From Catajapyx aquilonaris (lineage: Eukaryota), in assembly GCA_000934665.2 (NCBI GenBank), contig JYFJ02004032.1, forward strand, positions 1-35,444: a stretch of DNA of 35,444 nucleotides, read 5' to 3'. Below the pieces are notes generated by a model, which had not been told where the DNA came from, did not search any database, and was given only the letters and a program-made list of their open reading frames with translations. Positions 1 through 11,195 of the stretch are shown in pieces. The position numbers and the translations under genes were made by a program. The stretch's first letter is position 1. Each line of letters opens with the position of its first letter.

Positions 1-208
1 GCACTCTCCACATGACGATGTCCGAACACGACCAGTTGCCAGGTAACGCCAAAGTCGTTGTTTACACTTGTTATATGCTATTGTGTCCAGCACTGTACTG
101 TGAATATATTAATATACTACATCTGCACCTTTATATTTGTATCACATGCCCTAAACGCATTTTATAATTTTAATGATAATTTTATAATGCTTTATAGTTT
201 ATACTAAC

Positions 209-1926
209 CGTGAGTCTCGGTGCCCCAGAGGTCTGCACAATGTCAATAAGAAGATCCAGAATTCCATGGTCTATAACGAAGGTTGCCACATCTTCCTCAG
301 CCGTCATGTCCCACAATATGCAGCAAGATTCTTCTAGATCACCGTCCAATTCTAATGGACTAGGTTCTTCTTCATTCCAGCAGTAGTTGGAGTATTCCTG
401 AAAAACACCACATATATTATTCACTTTTTCAGACATTTACTGCACACAAAGTAAAAGACAGAGCTGCAAGCATATAATATCCCATTACGGGTGGCACACT
501 GTCAAATTGTTGATAGCCACAGCACACAATCTCTGAGCTTCCACTGTAATAGTTATGTGGACCCTTAAGTGATAAGGGTCCAAATAATTATTACAGTGGA
601 AGCTAAGTCAGATGTGGTTTTGGCAATTGTGCAGAACATATGATCAATTCACAAAAGCGGCACGTTGAACCAGGATCAAGTTTAGATGCTACTTACTTCT
701 GAGTCCAGTGAGTAGTGAATATACATTTTCAGATATAATACCGCAAATAGCCAATGGACGTCCAAGAATGTACTTCTGGAACCTATCACTTTCAAATTTT
801 CATGAAGATGGCCTCATGCAAGAAGAGAAATAATAATCAGTGTCCTTTTGTTGACACTGTTTACTCTTGTTACATGATGGTATCTCCATGGAAATTTGAG
901 AAGCGGTAGGTTCCAGAAGCGCATTCTCACATGCCCATTGACTATATCAGTAACACACCAAGCATGATTTCCAGGCTGCAGCATTTTGGCAGCTTTTATC
1001 TAGTGGTCTCTGGTCAACACAATTCAATAAAGGAATAAATTTACCATAACAGTGAATATTCCACACATTTTCAAACAGTAGAGGGACATGGCACATGACT
1101 ATTGTGATCGTATCAGGTTCTTCATTGTCATCACTCCATATTAATTTCTGAGTTCGAAATTAATAACAGTGAAAGAGATCATTGAAAAATGATCTAATTA
1201 ATTAACTTTGCTGCTGTGTATATGACTTTATGGCTGGCGCACAATAGCCACATGGGAACAAGGTTATTTTGACTTTCACATGGGGTCGAATTTTCATTCC
1301 ACTGCTACCTAGTTACTGCTAAATTAGCACTAACTAGCAGTGAGGAGAAAATCCCACCCATGGTTTTTAACTTCAAAATGTATTTGTGCCACTCGTTGAC
1401 ACCTCAACAACAATTGGCATGGGCAGCCTCCTTGACAAAACACACAGGAGTGGTCCCAACTTGTGCACACTCACCATGCGCACATTTCAATGCACATGGA
1501 GATACTGACCTCGGTGAGCTTCATGAGAATCCGGAGGACCCATCTCTGGCTGTAGAGTGTGGACCCAATGGCGTCTCCCCTCAGCTTCTCGTCCTCGGTG
1601 CCAGGCTCAACCAAATTGTCCCCACTGTCATCAGCATCGTCTTCTGTGCTCTCCCCCCTGCTGACCCGCCGATACTCCATCAGGGTTGGATTCATCCTGT
1701 CTCTACTGTCGTTGTCTTCTGCGCTCTCCTCCCTGCTGACCTGATGGTACTTAACCAGGCTTGGATTCATCCTCTTTCCACCACCACCATCATCTTTAGC
1801 GCTCTCCTCCCTGCTGACCCGACGATACTCCATCAGGCTCGGATTCATGCTCCTCCCACCATCATCGTCTTCTGCGCTCTCCTCCCTGCTGACCTGATGG
1901 TTCTCCACCAGCCGGTTCGAGTCCAT
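209..1926 (-). CDS. SAAL1: Serum amyloid A-like 1 (SAAL1) homolog, first two coding exons; the gene continues off the left edge
   Basis: Coding exons 1926-1510 (donor GAG|GTCAGT) and 397-209 (acceptor tttcag|, donor ACG|GTTAGT) join in phase 0. The spliced peptide GDAIGSTLYSQRWVLRILMKL...ELDGDLEESCCILWDMTAEEDVATF...APRL matches my recollection of the SAAL1 N-terminus (GDCIGSTVYSKHW...[25 protein letters not shown]...CPRL). A probable 5'UTR exon ends near 2302 (GTAGGT donor), with an acceptor at 1966-1968. Confidence 0.88.
536..604. repeat. Short near-perfect palindrome (hairpin, MITE-like) in SAAL1 intron
   Basis: agcttccactgtaatagttatgtggaccctta / taagggtccaaataattattacagtggaagct with a 5-nt loop. 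Confidence 0.85.
747..945. mobile_element. Foldback MITE (~200 bp) in SAAL1 intron
   Basis: ~80-bp imperfect inverted arms (atagccaatgg...cttctggaacctatcac vs ggtaggttccagaag...ccattgactat) plus an inner cagtgtc/gacactg stem. Confidence 0.75.
1625..1926 (-). repeat. Coding tandem repeat, 4 units of ~75-78 bp (25-26 aa), in SAAL1 exon 1
   Basis: Units: MDSNRLVENHQVSREESAEDDDGGRS / MNPSLMEYRRVSREESAKDDGGGGKR / MNPSLVKYHQVSREESAEDNDSRDR / MNPTLMEYRRVSRGESTEDDADD. The DNA repeats gctctcctccctgctgacc on the + strand. Confidence 0.95.
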
Positions 1927-2465
1927 CCTGCCTCCTCCCTGTTAATCAGGTCAAACTACTGGTTTCTGAAAGGACCACAATTTCCCACACAGATCAGGCG
2001 CACTAGGAAATAGATTCACATGCAAAACCTGTGATGTTCACTTACTCTAATAATTAGTTTCGAGCACAAGCAATTGGAGGTCCTGGGAGTGACAATTCAC
2101 ATAGGATTTTGGGATGCGGTGCACACTTACTGCATCGTTAAAGTGTCAGTTGCGACCTTGTTGCGACCACAGGGACCACAGGAGTTGTAATGCAGGCCTG
2201 CCAACTGTCGGGTCATATCATGGTGGCGGTACTGAAGGTGTCAGCCGGTCGTGGCACCCGACAGACAACAGACGCCCCTCTTCCATACCGGCTGCACCTA
2301 CGTGTGTTGCTGCGAAAGAGTACGAATCAGGGGTACATGATGGTGGGTTACCTGCCAACTTGAAGTCTGCTCACGTTGGCAGGCCTGTGCACTAATTGCG
2401 CGGTGCAACTGTTGCTTGGAGGAACGGAACGGAACGTGGTGCATTCATGCGGCGGTTCAGGGTTG

Positions 2466-2488
2466 AACAGTTGGCCGCCAAATTTGAA
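2466..2488. promoter_or_regulatory. Candidate E2F + CHR (DREAM/MuvB-type) element upstream of SAAL1
   Basis: CAGTTG (Myb-like) followed by GCCGCCAAATTTGAA: an E2F-like site (reverse complement TTTGGCGGC) adjoining the CHR hexamer TTTGAA, in a CpG-rich patch just upstream of the putative SAAL1 first exon. Confidence 0.3.
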
Positions 2489-3147
2489 GGGAAATGAGAC
2501 CTGAGATGGCATGTCCAGACAAGAATCATTATTTGCTACACATTCATAAGTACAGTATTATTTGCTATAAAAATTGCAATTGGATTTCTCATAGCTTCTC
2601 TGAATATTTCACACTGGACTTTTACTTGATAAAAATCCTATTAATAGTAAGTAAATTTTTTCTGCGAGAAGAGCTGCGGTGCACCTCCATAAAAATGGCT
2701 GTAACAATTTTGTATGATATATTTATATGAGTAGGTAACCTAAAACAAAATATCATGGGAAACCCTCAGGTTAGGACAAAACTTGTGCCTTTTTGTGTTA
2801 CCTAAGGGAATTACAGTGCCACAATATAATCTCACTATGATTGGGACACTATTCATTGGCTTATCCAAGCCTTATGGCATCAGTGAATTGAGATCACATC
2901 TACAAGTAGTTGTGAAGAGTGCAATAATTCAGCTGATGGGCTAAATGTTTCATGAGCGCAATGGGCTGAAATTGGACAAAAACTCGCACCATTGCATCAT
3001 TTTCTTGTCATATTATACAGTTTTATATGTAGCAAAAAGAGGAGCAGTTTTATCTACTTGAGCATAAGAGCCATGAATTCACATTATCTGTGCCAGCCCC
3101 CTGATACAGCCAGACTTCCCTTGTGTTGAGGGTTGCTTCATATAAAC

Positions 3148-3345
3148 GTCTCCCCCATGCCAGGAATTTGGCGCTGATGCACCTCCACAGCAAGCTACTG
3201 GGGAGTCGGCTTGGGTTGGCCGCCTTCGGAACCAACCCAAACCGTCCTTTCCTTGTAGGACGTTTGCCGACTAGGATTTGGGTGGCTGGCAGCAGTAGCT
3301 GGCTGTGGGGGTGTCCCAGGGCCAAATTCCCCGCATGGCAGAGAC
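3148..3345. mobile_element. Foldback/MITE-like inverted repeat just downstream of zinc-finger gene A
   Basis: Outer arms gtctcccccatgccaggaatttggc vs gccaaattccccgcatggcagagac; inner arms ccacagcaagctactg vs cagtagctggctgtgg and agtcggc vs gccgact. Confidence 0.7.
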
Positions 3346-3473
3346 CAAAATGGAGCTTTACAATCCAGTAACCAAATATACAGCAATTTTCAGATGAATG
3401 CAAATTATGCAGGCAATGCAAAGGGTAAAAACACTTCTACAGCATAGAAAAATAGGAGATTTTCACAATTTTG

Positions 3474-5333
3474 TTATCGATCATGTGCTGCTCTAACATG
3501 ATTTAAAAGGGTATCAGATCGAGTGAAGGTTTGCCTGCAATATTCACATTCAAATGGCTTTTCTCCAGTGTGCATTCTGAGGTGCCTCTTTAACTTGCTC
3601 TTTTCTCTAAAATTCCTCTGACACACTTCACAAATAAATGGTCTGTCACCAGTGTGAACCGTCATATGGTCTTCCAAACGACACTTATGCTTGAATACCT
3701 TGACACAGAACTGACAGCAGTGCCTTTCTTTTTGCCCTCTACGTTTTCGTTCACGCGCCGTCCTTCCATTTTGTTCTGACTGTGTGTCTTCATTTGTTCC
3801 AGTAATGTTATCAGTTGCATTAGTAGCACTATCACCAGTCTGAGTTTCTGTTCTCCTTCTCATACTCCTCCTCCTGGCGTTACTTCCAGCTTGGTCTTTT
3901 TCATGATCAGCAATGTGCTCATCAAATTCAGAAACTGTATGGAAAGTGTTGTTACATATTCCGCACTCAATGACATCTGGTAACATGCTGAAGTAGCTTT
4001 GCTAGAAAGAAAAAAAGAAACAAGGAAGTTATTATGTAAATATTGATGTATTACAAGAGGATCTATTACACATAAGTGGCCTGAAATTATTTCAGAAAGA
4101 GATGGTATTATTTTTGATCCAAATGACTATCTTTCTCCCTGCACCCATACATGGTGAAGCACTTGCACTATCTGCACCTAAAATGCCAGAATAATTTTTC
4201 ACTATCATATGCATTGTTTTTTGCAATTGCTTAGGATCCTAGATAAGTGTGTACGGAAACTATTGGCATTATAAAGCAGGTATGGATTAAAGATTCAAAA
4301 CCAGCATTTATCAGTGACAATGGTAATAACTAATTGGGAGGCCCCAGTACTATAATTCTCACCTCACTGCTTCCATCTTCACTATTACGTGTGATTGGAT
4401 AAGTTGAGCTTTCTTGACTGTTGCCAGGATCTTTCTGCAAGTCACAAGCAGATTCCATAGGCATCTGTGGAACTGGATGGATTTCATGTGAATCTTCCTC
4501 GTCCCATCCATCCTGCAGCTCATGCTTGGTAATTTCCATTAGCTGGTCAGGATTACTTTCTGCATCACCTGCTCTGTCCTCTTCTGGCTGTGGTATACTT
4601 CTCTCTCTTCCATGACTAGTTCCTGCACAAGTAAGTCATGCAATTCAAGAATTACAACTGAGAAAAACGTAATTGAAGTTAAGAATACTATTGTCAAGTA
4701 CAGCGCAAAACAATGCATGTCCAACCACTAATTTTCCAGGAGACACAGAGGCGCTCAGAGGAAGAACGGCACATCCCAACCGACCTCCAATTTTGAGTTT
4801 GTAGTGCTGTTGTACTCTCCTTCCATCTACCTTTCATGTGCTAAAGTACCAAATGAATTGGGACATGTCAAAGCTCACATACTCCACTTGTAAAATTTGT
4901 GCGTAGCTTTAGCTGCATGATAAAGAAAAACCCAAAAAGTCACTTTTCTCAAAACAAACTCTGGTTGGGATATGCCTCTATTCCTCTGATACCCTCAATT
5001 CCTTTATTAGTGAAGATGATTCTTCACAATTTGTTTAAAATCAACTTTTGTTACTGACAGAGCTTCACTACTGATTTCAACATTCTTTCATCAGATATAA
5101 CATCGATGATATTAAAATACAGCAGACTACCAGCCCTGTACTAGGCCCTCCCTCTCACCTGCCACTCCCCTGATCAAATCCTCGATGGCAACAATCCTCC
5201 TCTCCATCTGATCCATCCTCTCCAATATCCTCCTCTCCATCCTCTCCCCCTGGTCAAGGCTCCTCTCCAACAATCTCCTGTTCTCCAGCGCAACTTCCAT
5301 CAGCCTCTCGAAGACTCCACCCCCCGTCGCCAT
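3474..5333 (-). CDS. C2H2 zinc-finger protein A (~320 aa): shared N-terminal domain + acidic linker + 1 lone finger + 3 tandem fingers
   Basis: Exons 5333-5159 (G|GTGAGA, phase 1), 4622-4363 (GAG|GTGAGA, phase 0) and 4001-3474 total 963 nt, open. TGDRPF/TGEKPF linkers between fingers. Confidence 0.9.
4749..4995. mobile_element. MITE with ~33-bp imperfect TIRs in intron 1 of zinc-finger gene A
   Basis: aggcgctcagaggaagaacggcacatcccaacc vs ggttgggatatgcctctattcctctgataccct. Confidence 0.65.
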
Positions 5334-5777
5334 GCCTCTCCCTCCCTCCAGGTCCAGATCACGGAAGCTCACGTGCCACGGTCCACCAGTACGGCGACTA
5401 CGGCCTAGGAAGAAACCTGGAGCCAACAACTAACGATCTTCGGGCCGAACACCGCTTATTCTAAGACAGGTGAAAAACCTTTCTCAATCTGTGGCCACCT
5501 TCCGCCATGTTCGATTCAGGGTGCGTTCCAACCCGCACTGTTCCGACCCGTTCCGACCTGTGCAGATCGGGAAGTTATCCGGAGGGTGTCTCTGCAGTCG
5601 GCGATTGTGTCGCCCTCGCACGGATTGTGTTCGAACCTGCAACGACGCACATTGTTGTTTGGGTACTTTTCGCACTTTCGATTAATAATTGTCCAAGTGG
5701 AGCCTAGTTTTCTCCAGGTTTTTTTGACGACTTTGATTCCAGTGGTTCGCAGAGGAAAGGAGGAGCGTGGTGGAAGG
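5334..5777. promoter_or_regulatory. Bidirectional promoter region between head-to-head zinc-finger genes A and B
   Basis: The two divergent ATGs (5333 -, 5778 +) are separated by only 444 bp. The spacer is CpG-rich and has a YY1/Pho-like CCGCCATGTT at 5502-5511. Confidence 0.7.
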
Positions 5778-8122
5778 ATGCAGTCGATCGTGGGAGCGTT
5801 TGAGAGCGTGATGGAGGTGGCGGTGGAGAGCAGGAGGCTGCTGGAAAGAGGACTGGACAGAGGGGAGTGGATGGAGAAGAGGATCATGGACAGGATCGAG
5901 AAGATGGAGAGGACCATGGAGAGCAGGATGGACAGGGTGGAGCGGAGCATTGCTGCCATTGAGGAGTGGATCGGGGGGGTCAATGCTGCGGCCGCTGCAG
6001 AGGGAGTCCTCATCGCGGGGGGAGGGGAGGGAGAGGCCGGAGGAGGAGGAGGAGACACTGGCATGCAAACAGGTGAGACAGTTGCAGGCTCAGAGGTAGT
6101 TCAGAGCACGGGTTGAGCAGGACTGATGTTCGTATGCAAAGACTAGCAGGGGACGCATTCTAAGAAATCCATACACACTGTCCGTCCTCTCCGCTTACGT
6201 CGAGGGGTTAGTCACTTATGAAGTTCTTCGTACACTGAGGCTGAAGTCCAGGGGAAGTCTGGGCAAAGTTTGTAAAGTACAACTGAAGCGGACTGAGAAG
6301 TCCGTCGTACACTATAGTATACTATCCCTTGGCGTACATGATGGGAAATAGGTATGGAATGGCTACAGAATAGAAAAGAATAAGCACGGTATGGCTGCGG
6401 TGTGAGGTAGTCAACCCCAAACCACCAAACGGGTATCCAGAAATGCTGCAGACCAGAAAAAAATCAAAACTTTTGGTTTTTAGACTCGAAACAGTTCAGT
6501 TTTCAGACTTTTCCCTCAATCAGCGGCATGTAAGTCATCAGTGTGCCAAGTTTCAGGACTCTCAGTAGTCTGGAAGTGGGTTAGGTAGTCCGGACAAACA
6601 TACATACCAGCAAACTTTCCCACATAAAAACGGAGATATGTAAAATGCATACCAATTCTGAAATTCCTGCAGGAGGCATCGCTTTATGGACTGTTGGTGT
6701 TTAATAACTACTGTTGTTTTATAGGTCACTTAGATGAGGCTGTAGCTGCAGGTGAACTGCAGGAGATACACCCGACTGTGAAACTGGAGAGTTCTGAGTT
6801 GCAGCAGCAGATTGTCATATTGCAAGTAGCAGGTGGATCACCAGCACAGCACCAGATTTCGGAAGCTCAGGTTGAGGAAAATGCGATGGAGTCTCCATTG
6901 TTGCCGATAATCACAGAGGCTCATTCAGAACAAGATGCATTGGAAGAGTCTGTGCAGATGTCAGTGGGGCATGACATGGAGGAAACTTGGGTGCACGGAG
7001 ATGGTTCGGTCCTACAAGAAGCAGTTGGAGCAAGCCTTCTTCCAGATCTGGATTACTCAAACTCTGGCTGCAGTGTGGACATGGGTGAAACTCAGTTTAG
7101 TGGCACTATTGAGGCGGCACATTCTGAGGTGGGTTTTATTAATTTACAGTATTGGCCTAAAGTAAATTAAATCACTGCATGTGGGCCAGGAGCAACTGCT
7201 CCATCAACTCTCTTCTGACTTCTCTCATTGGACCATCAACTTGAGCAGATATACACCTAATATCAGCTCTTACAGCATGACTTTTTTCTCTTAAATGGAA
7301 ACGGCAAGTTCAAATATGATGGGAAACCAGCCTCTAAACTGTCTAAAGGTTGAACAGAGGGTAATCCTTTCTTATTGACAGCATGCCTTTTTTTCATGCA
7401 ATAATGGTGCAATCATTTTTATTATTGCGATTATATTTTGTACATTATTAATATGTAGTATCAACAGACTGTCATGTATGAGTTTTCTAATTAGCAAATT
7501 GTTCTAAGGAATGCATCTCTTAAATTTCCAGGACCTTTACCGTTGCGGAACCTGTGGCGCCACCTTTCACTACATCTTGGATCTAGAAGCGCATGCTCTT
7601 TCACATAAGAGAAGCCAAGTAGAAAGTGGGACAGCAGAGACTTTGATTGATAATATAATTCGACGGACAATGCACAATGAAGACAGTGACAGTAACATTC
7701 ACCAAGGCAGCAGCAGTAGTGTGTCTGAGAATAGCCAGGAGGGGATATTGGTTGAGGCAGTTGAGTGTGACATTTGCCATAAATACGTATCAAAGGCAGC
7801 TATATCATCGCATCGGAAGCGACATGGTGGCAAACAACACAGCTGTCCTGTTTGTAAGAAGGCTTTTACTCAGAAGACACACTTGCAGAGGCACTTGCGT
7901 GGACATTATGATGAACGCCCTTTTCAATGTTCATCTTGCCCTAGTTCATTCAAGCGTGCTGACCACCTGCAGAATCACATGCGGTTGCATACTGGGGAGA
8001 AACGGATAAACGAATGTGAAGTGTGCAAGAAGCGATTTCCTTCCAAGCGACAACTTGGACTACATAACCTGCAGCAGCATACATCGCTTGAAGAGGTTCC
8101 TTGCATTGTCATTGACAGTTGA
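5778..8122 (+). CDS. C2H2 zinc-finger protein B (~429 aa): shared N-terminal domain + acidic linker + 1 lone finger + 4 tandem fingers
   Basis: Exons 5778-6072 (G|GTGAGA, phase 1), 6725-7128 (GAG|GTGGGT, phase 0) and 7532-8122 (ttccag|GAC) total 1290 nt, open. AATAAA at 8646-8651. Confidence 0.9.
6530..6640 (+). mobile_element. Possible non-autonomous Helitron/Helentron-like remnant
   Basis: tgtgccaagtttca...ggaagtgggtta...acaaacatacatac...aaactttc resembles, from memory only, the 3' motif series of insect non-autonomous Helitron-type repeats. Confidence 0.35.
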
Positions 8123-11100
8123 AGCAAGAGCTCTGCAATGTGACCAGTGAATCTTCGAAGTTTCGTGAGTGTGGTGTACAATGGAGGGTGACAGGATGAT
8201 AGATTCAGTTATTGAGTAATGTTCTTAGGGAATATTTGTGTGTATTTTTGATATGTTGGGCTATTTATTCTATGTAATTATTGTACTCGCGAACTGGTGA
8301 CTCCAAAAGAGGTGTCTTTTTTTTGCGCGTGAAATGCAAGTGATCATAAGGTTTTGGATAATGGACAGACGTAATGAATTTCATAGGTTCACTTAGTACC
8401 TCATTACAAATATTTGCTGGTCATTCCATGAAAAAACATCTGACTTTAGTACCTTCTAGTGTTACGAATAGTAGGAAGCACTCAATTGAGTTGTGGTATG
8501 AGACCTTTTGCATTTCATAGGTCTTTGTGCATATGCATATAAATGAGTGGTTCAAACAGCCCTAGGTTTTGCAATGTGCTCACTTGAAGCAGCTGGGATC
8601 TGTACACTCAATACCCATGCAGATCTTTCACAGTCAACAACATGGAATAAAATAGTTAATTCTGTTTATGAATTAAAATTAAATGGTGCAAGAAAATGGG
8701 AGCCATAAAAATTGACCAGTTCCATCTTTGGTTTCAAGTAGATTTTAAATGGCCCACTGATCACCCATTTCTTATGCTAAGCGTAAGATCAATCAAATGA
8801 AAGTCGTCTCATCCAGCATCTCAATTGACAAATTTAAACCATGCCCTTGTCATAGCTTCATGAAACTAGAGGAACACACGTCAAAAACTTGGGGAGAGGA
8901 AAAAATATTTTTGGCAGAATGCTCAAGATCTCAAGACAAGTGCCTCACTTCTTTAAACATGCCTTTGCAAATATTATGAAAACAACAGTAAGCTTAAAAA
9001 GACCACTGGTGAATTTCAAAAGAGGATTCTGGTCATTGTAAATAGTTCATAAGCATCTTGAAAAAATATGCGATGTTTTCAAGTGTTCAGGGTGTAAGAG
9101 CTAAATGGTGTGATCAAAGGGTCTTTTTTTCTTTAAAATTTTTGTTCATTATGATTACGTTAAAGAGTGACTTAGAAACAGTAGGTGCGTATTGACATTT
9201 GGGAGGAAACGTTAGTTTTGGATGTTCTCAATGCTGGTTGTGAAAAGATGAACTGTCACCAAATCATGTCACACCCTGTAACATTTCACATGGCAATAGA
9301 TGATGCCTTATAAATTTTAAAAACGTACGTTTTCCAGTACATGCAAGGTACATGTTAACGTACTGTACCACTACTTTTTGCAATGCCTGGCTGGAATGAA
9401 CTGATGTGATCAGGGAGAATGATGATCGGATTTGCTGCATTTACCTGTCATTGCAGACGTTGGAAGCAAATGTGGGAGTCAGCTTCCTTATCGCAGATGC
9501 TCATCATGCACCCTGCTTCTCCAAACATCCATCCCTAACTCTGCGGCTGTTCCTACAATGTCCTTTCTTCTCCTGAATATAGGATAGAATTGCGCATGAT
9601 ACATCAATCCACAATGCATCACATTTCTGCCTGTGAATGTTTTTAAAAGCAATGATGATGTTACAAGTTCTGATGATGACTACCAATAACTTGTGCAGGA
9701 TATTTTAGTTTATAAATTGGATGCTTTCATCAGTGCGCAGTAGAAAAATCAGTGCAAACCAACGGTAAATGAGGCATTCACCATTTTCATCATTTCTTAA
9801 TTCTGAAGTTTCGACTGAAGTGCCTTACAAAGATGGGTACATGATAGTGCATTGGTACGGGACCAGAGCAACAGTTTGGAACTTACTATTGAAATTATCA
9901 GCTTATTGCAAACTCTTTCATAATTAAAGGTGACTATGTAATGCTCAAACTTTCACTACAATCCAGTAGATTCCAAATTCTCGAGTAGAAAATATGCATT
10001 TTGTCATGTTCTTGATCATTGTGCTACTGCAATCAGAGTTAATATTATTTTAGTGAAATGTCATTGTAATAGTGTAGATATCACGTGATCATAATTGGCC
10101 CCATATGTGTCTCTTGGAGATAATAGGTACTACGCCTGTTCTGCTTGTGGATTGGTTCCACAAAATGTACAGTGAAACGTATGCGCTGCAAGACATCTCT
10201 GTGAGAACTGTGAATATTTTCAGTAGTGAACACATTTCAGTTAAATTATTATTGGCTACTTGTGAGTTAGGAAAAATCATTTTAAGTCGCATTCCCTCCT
10301 ATGGCAGTGGCAATTAAACAATTTAATAGAGGGTGAGACTATTAATGTCACCTTTGTGAGGCTAACACAGGCTAACAGGTACGCTGCCGTACACATGTCT
10401 TCCACTCTCCAACTTTCTGGGAACTAACCATGAAATTTAATATTAAATCCATCCATCGACACAACTTGCAGATTAGTTCAGCTACAGCTGACATTAATAC
10501 AGTATCAATATTGCCATACCTGGGAATTTTCTTAATCATAGTGATTTACTGTTCATTTGCATTTTGGATCCCTTTACGAAAGAAAATCAAGGGGAATCTG
10601 AATTTTCTGCTGGGACCATGAATTTTCTGTGACATGTGACTCCAGTTGAAACAATTGCATGTATGTATGGATTGCGTGTTTTTTTCCCCATTTCCTGAGA
10701 GCCCCATAAGAGTTGTACTACTACAACACTGCTGAATATTTTGTAAGGATGTTTGTAGTGAATGAAGCCTGCACACCATGACAAAATAATGTAGATAACC
10801 TGAAGTGGGTGTTTGACTTGCAATTATTCAAATCAAGAGGGAATTGTTCATATATTTTAAATGAGTGTACTGTACCGGAGTGTACTTTGCCTTGTGAATA
10901 GAAAGAAAGGAAGTAAAAAAATACTGTCATAATTTTCCCCATCCTCTTTTTTTTGTCAACATGAATGTTTGGCACATGATAAAGAAATTTAAAATACGGT
11001 AATAAAAAGTTGGGTGACCTTGATTCCCATCAGGTGGCAGCCACCCGAACGCGACCAAAGAGAGAGCCAAGATGGCGTCTTGTTCCGATTGATTATTTTG

Positions 11101-11195
11101 AGTTCGAGCGTCTGTTCGATTCAGTTTGACTGGTTTTCCCTCTGAGGCTCTCTCTGGACCTTATATTCCAAGGGATTATTGTTGGGGAGGTAGCG

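Noticed and set aside
1360..2013. 217-aa hydrophobic repeat ORF on the + strand
   Set aside because: Antisense shadow of the purine-rich SAAL1 repeat exon; no independent homology or gene structure.
5516..6068. Long Pro/Ser/Leu-rich ORFs on the - strand (also 11093-11356)
   Set aside because: Antisense shadows of the GA-rich exon 1 of zinc-finger genes B and C.
9458..9680. Possible orphan exon after ttgcag, and ATGATGA...CTGA snoRNA-like boxes at 9652-9673
   Set aside because: All three frames close quickly with no recognisable protein; the C and D boxes are too close together for a C/D snoRNA.
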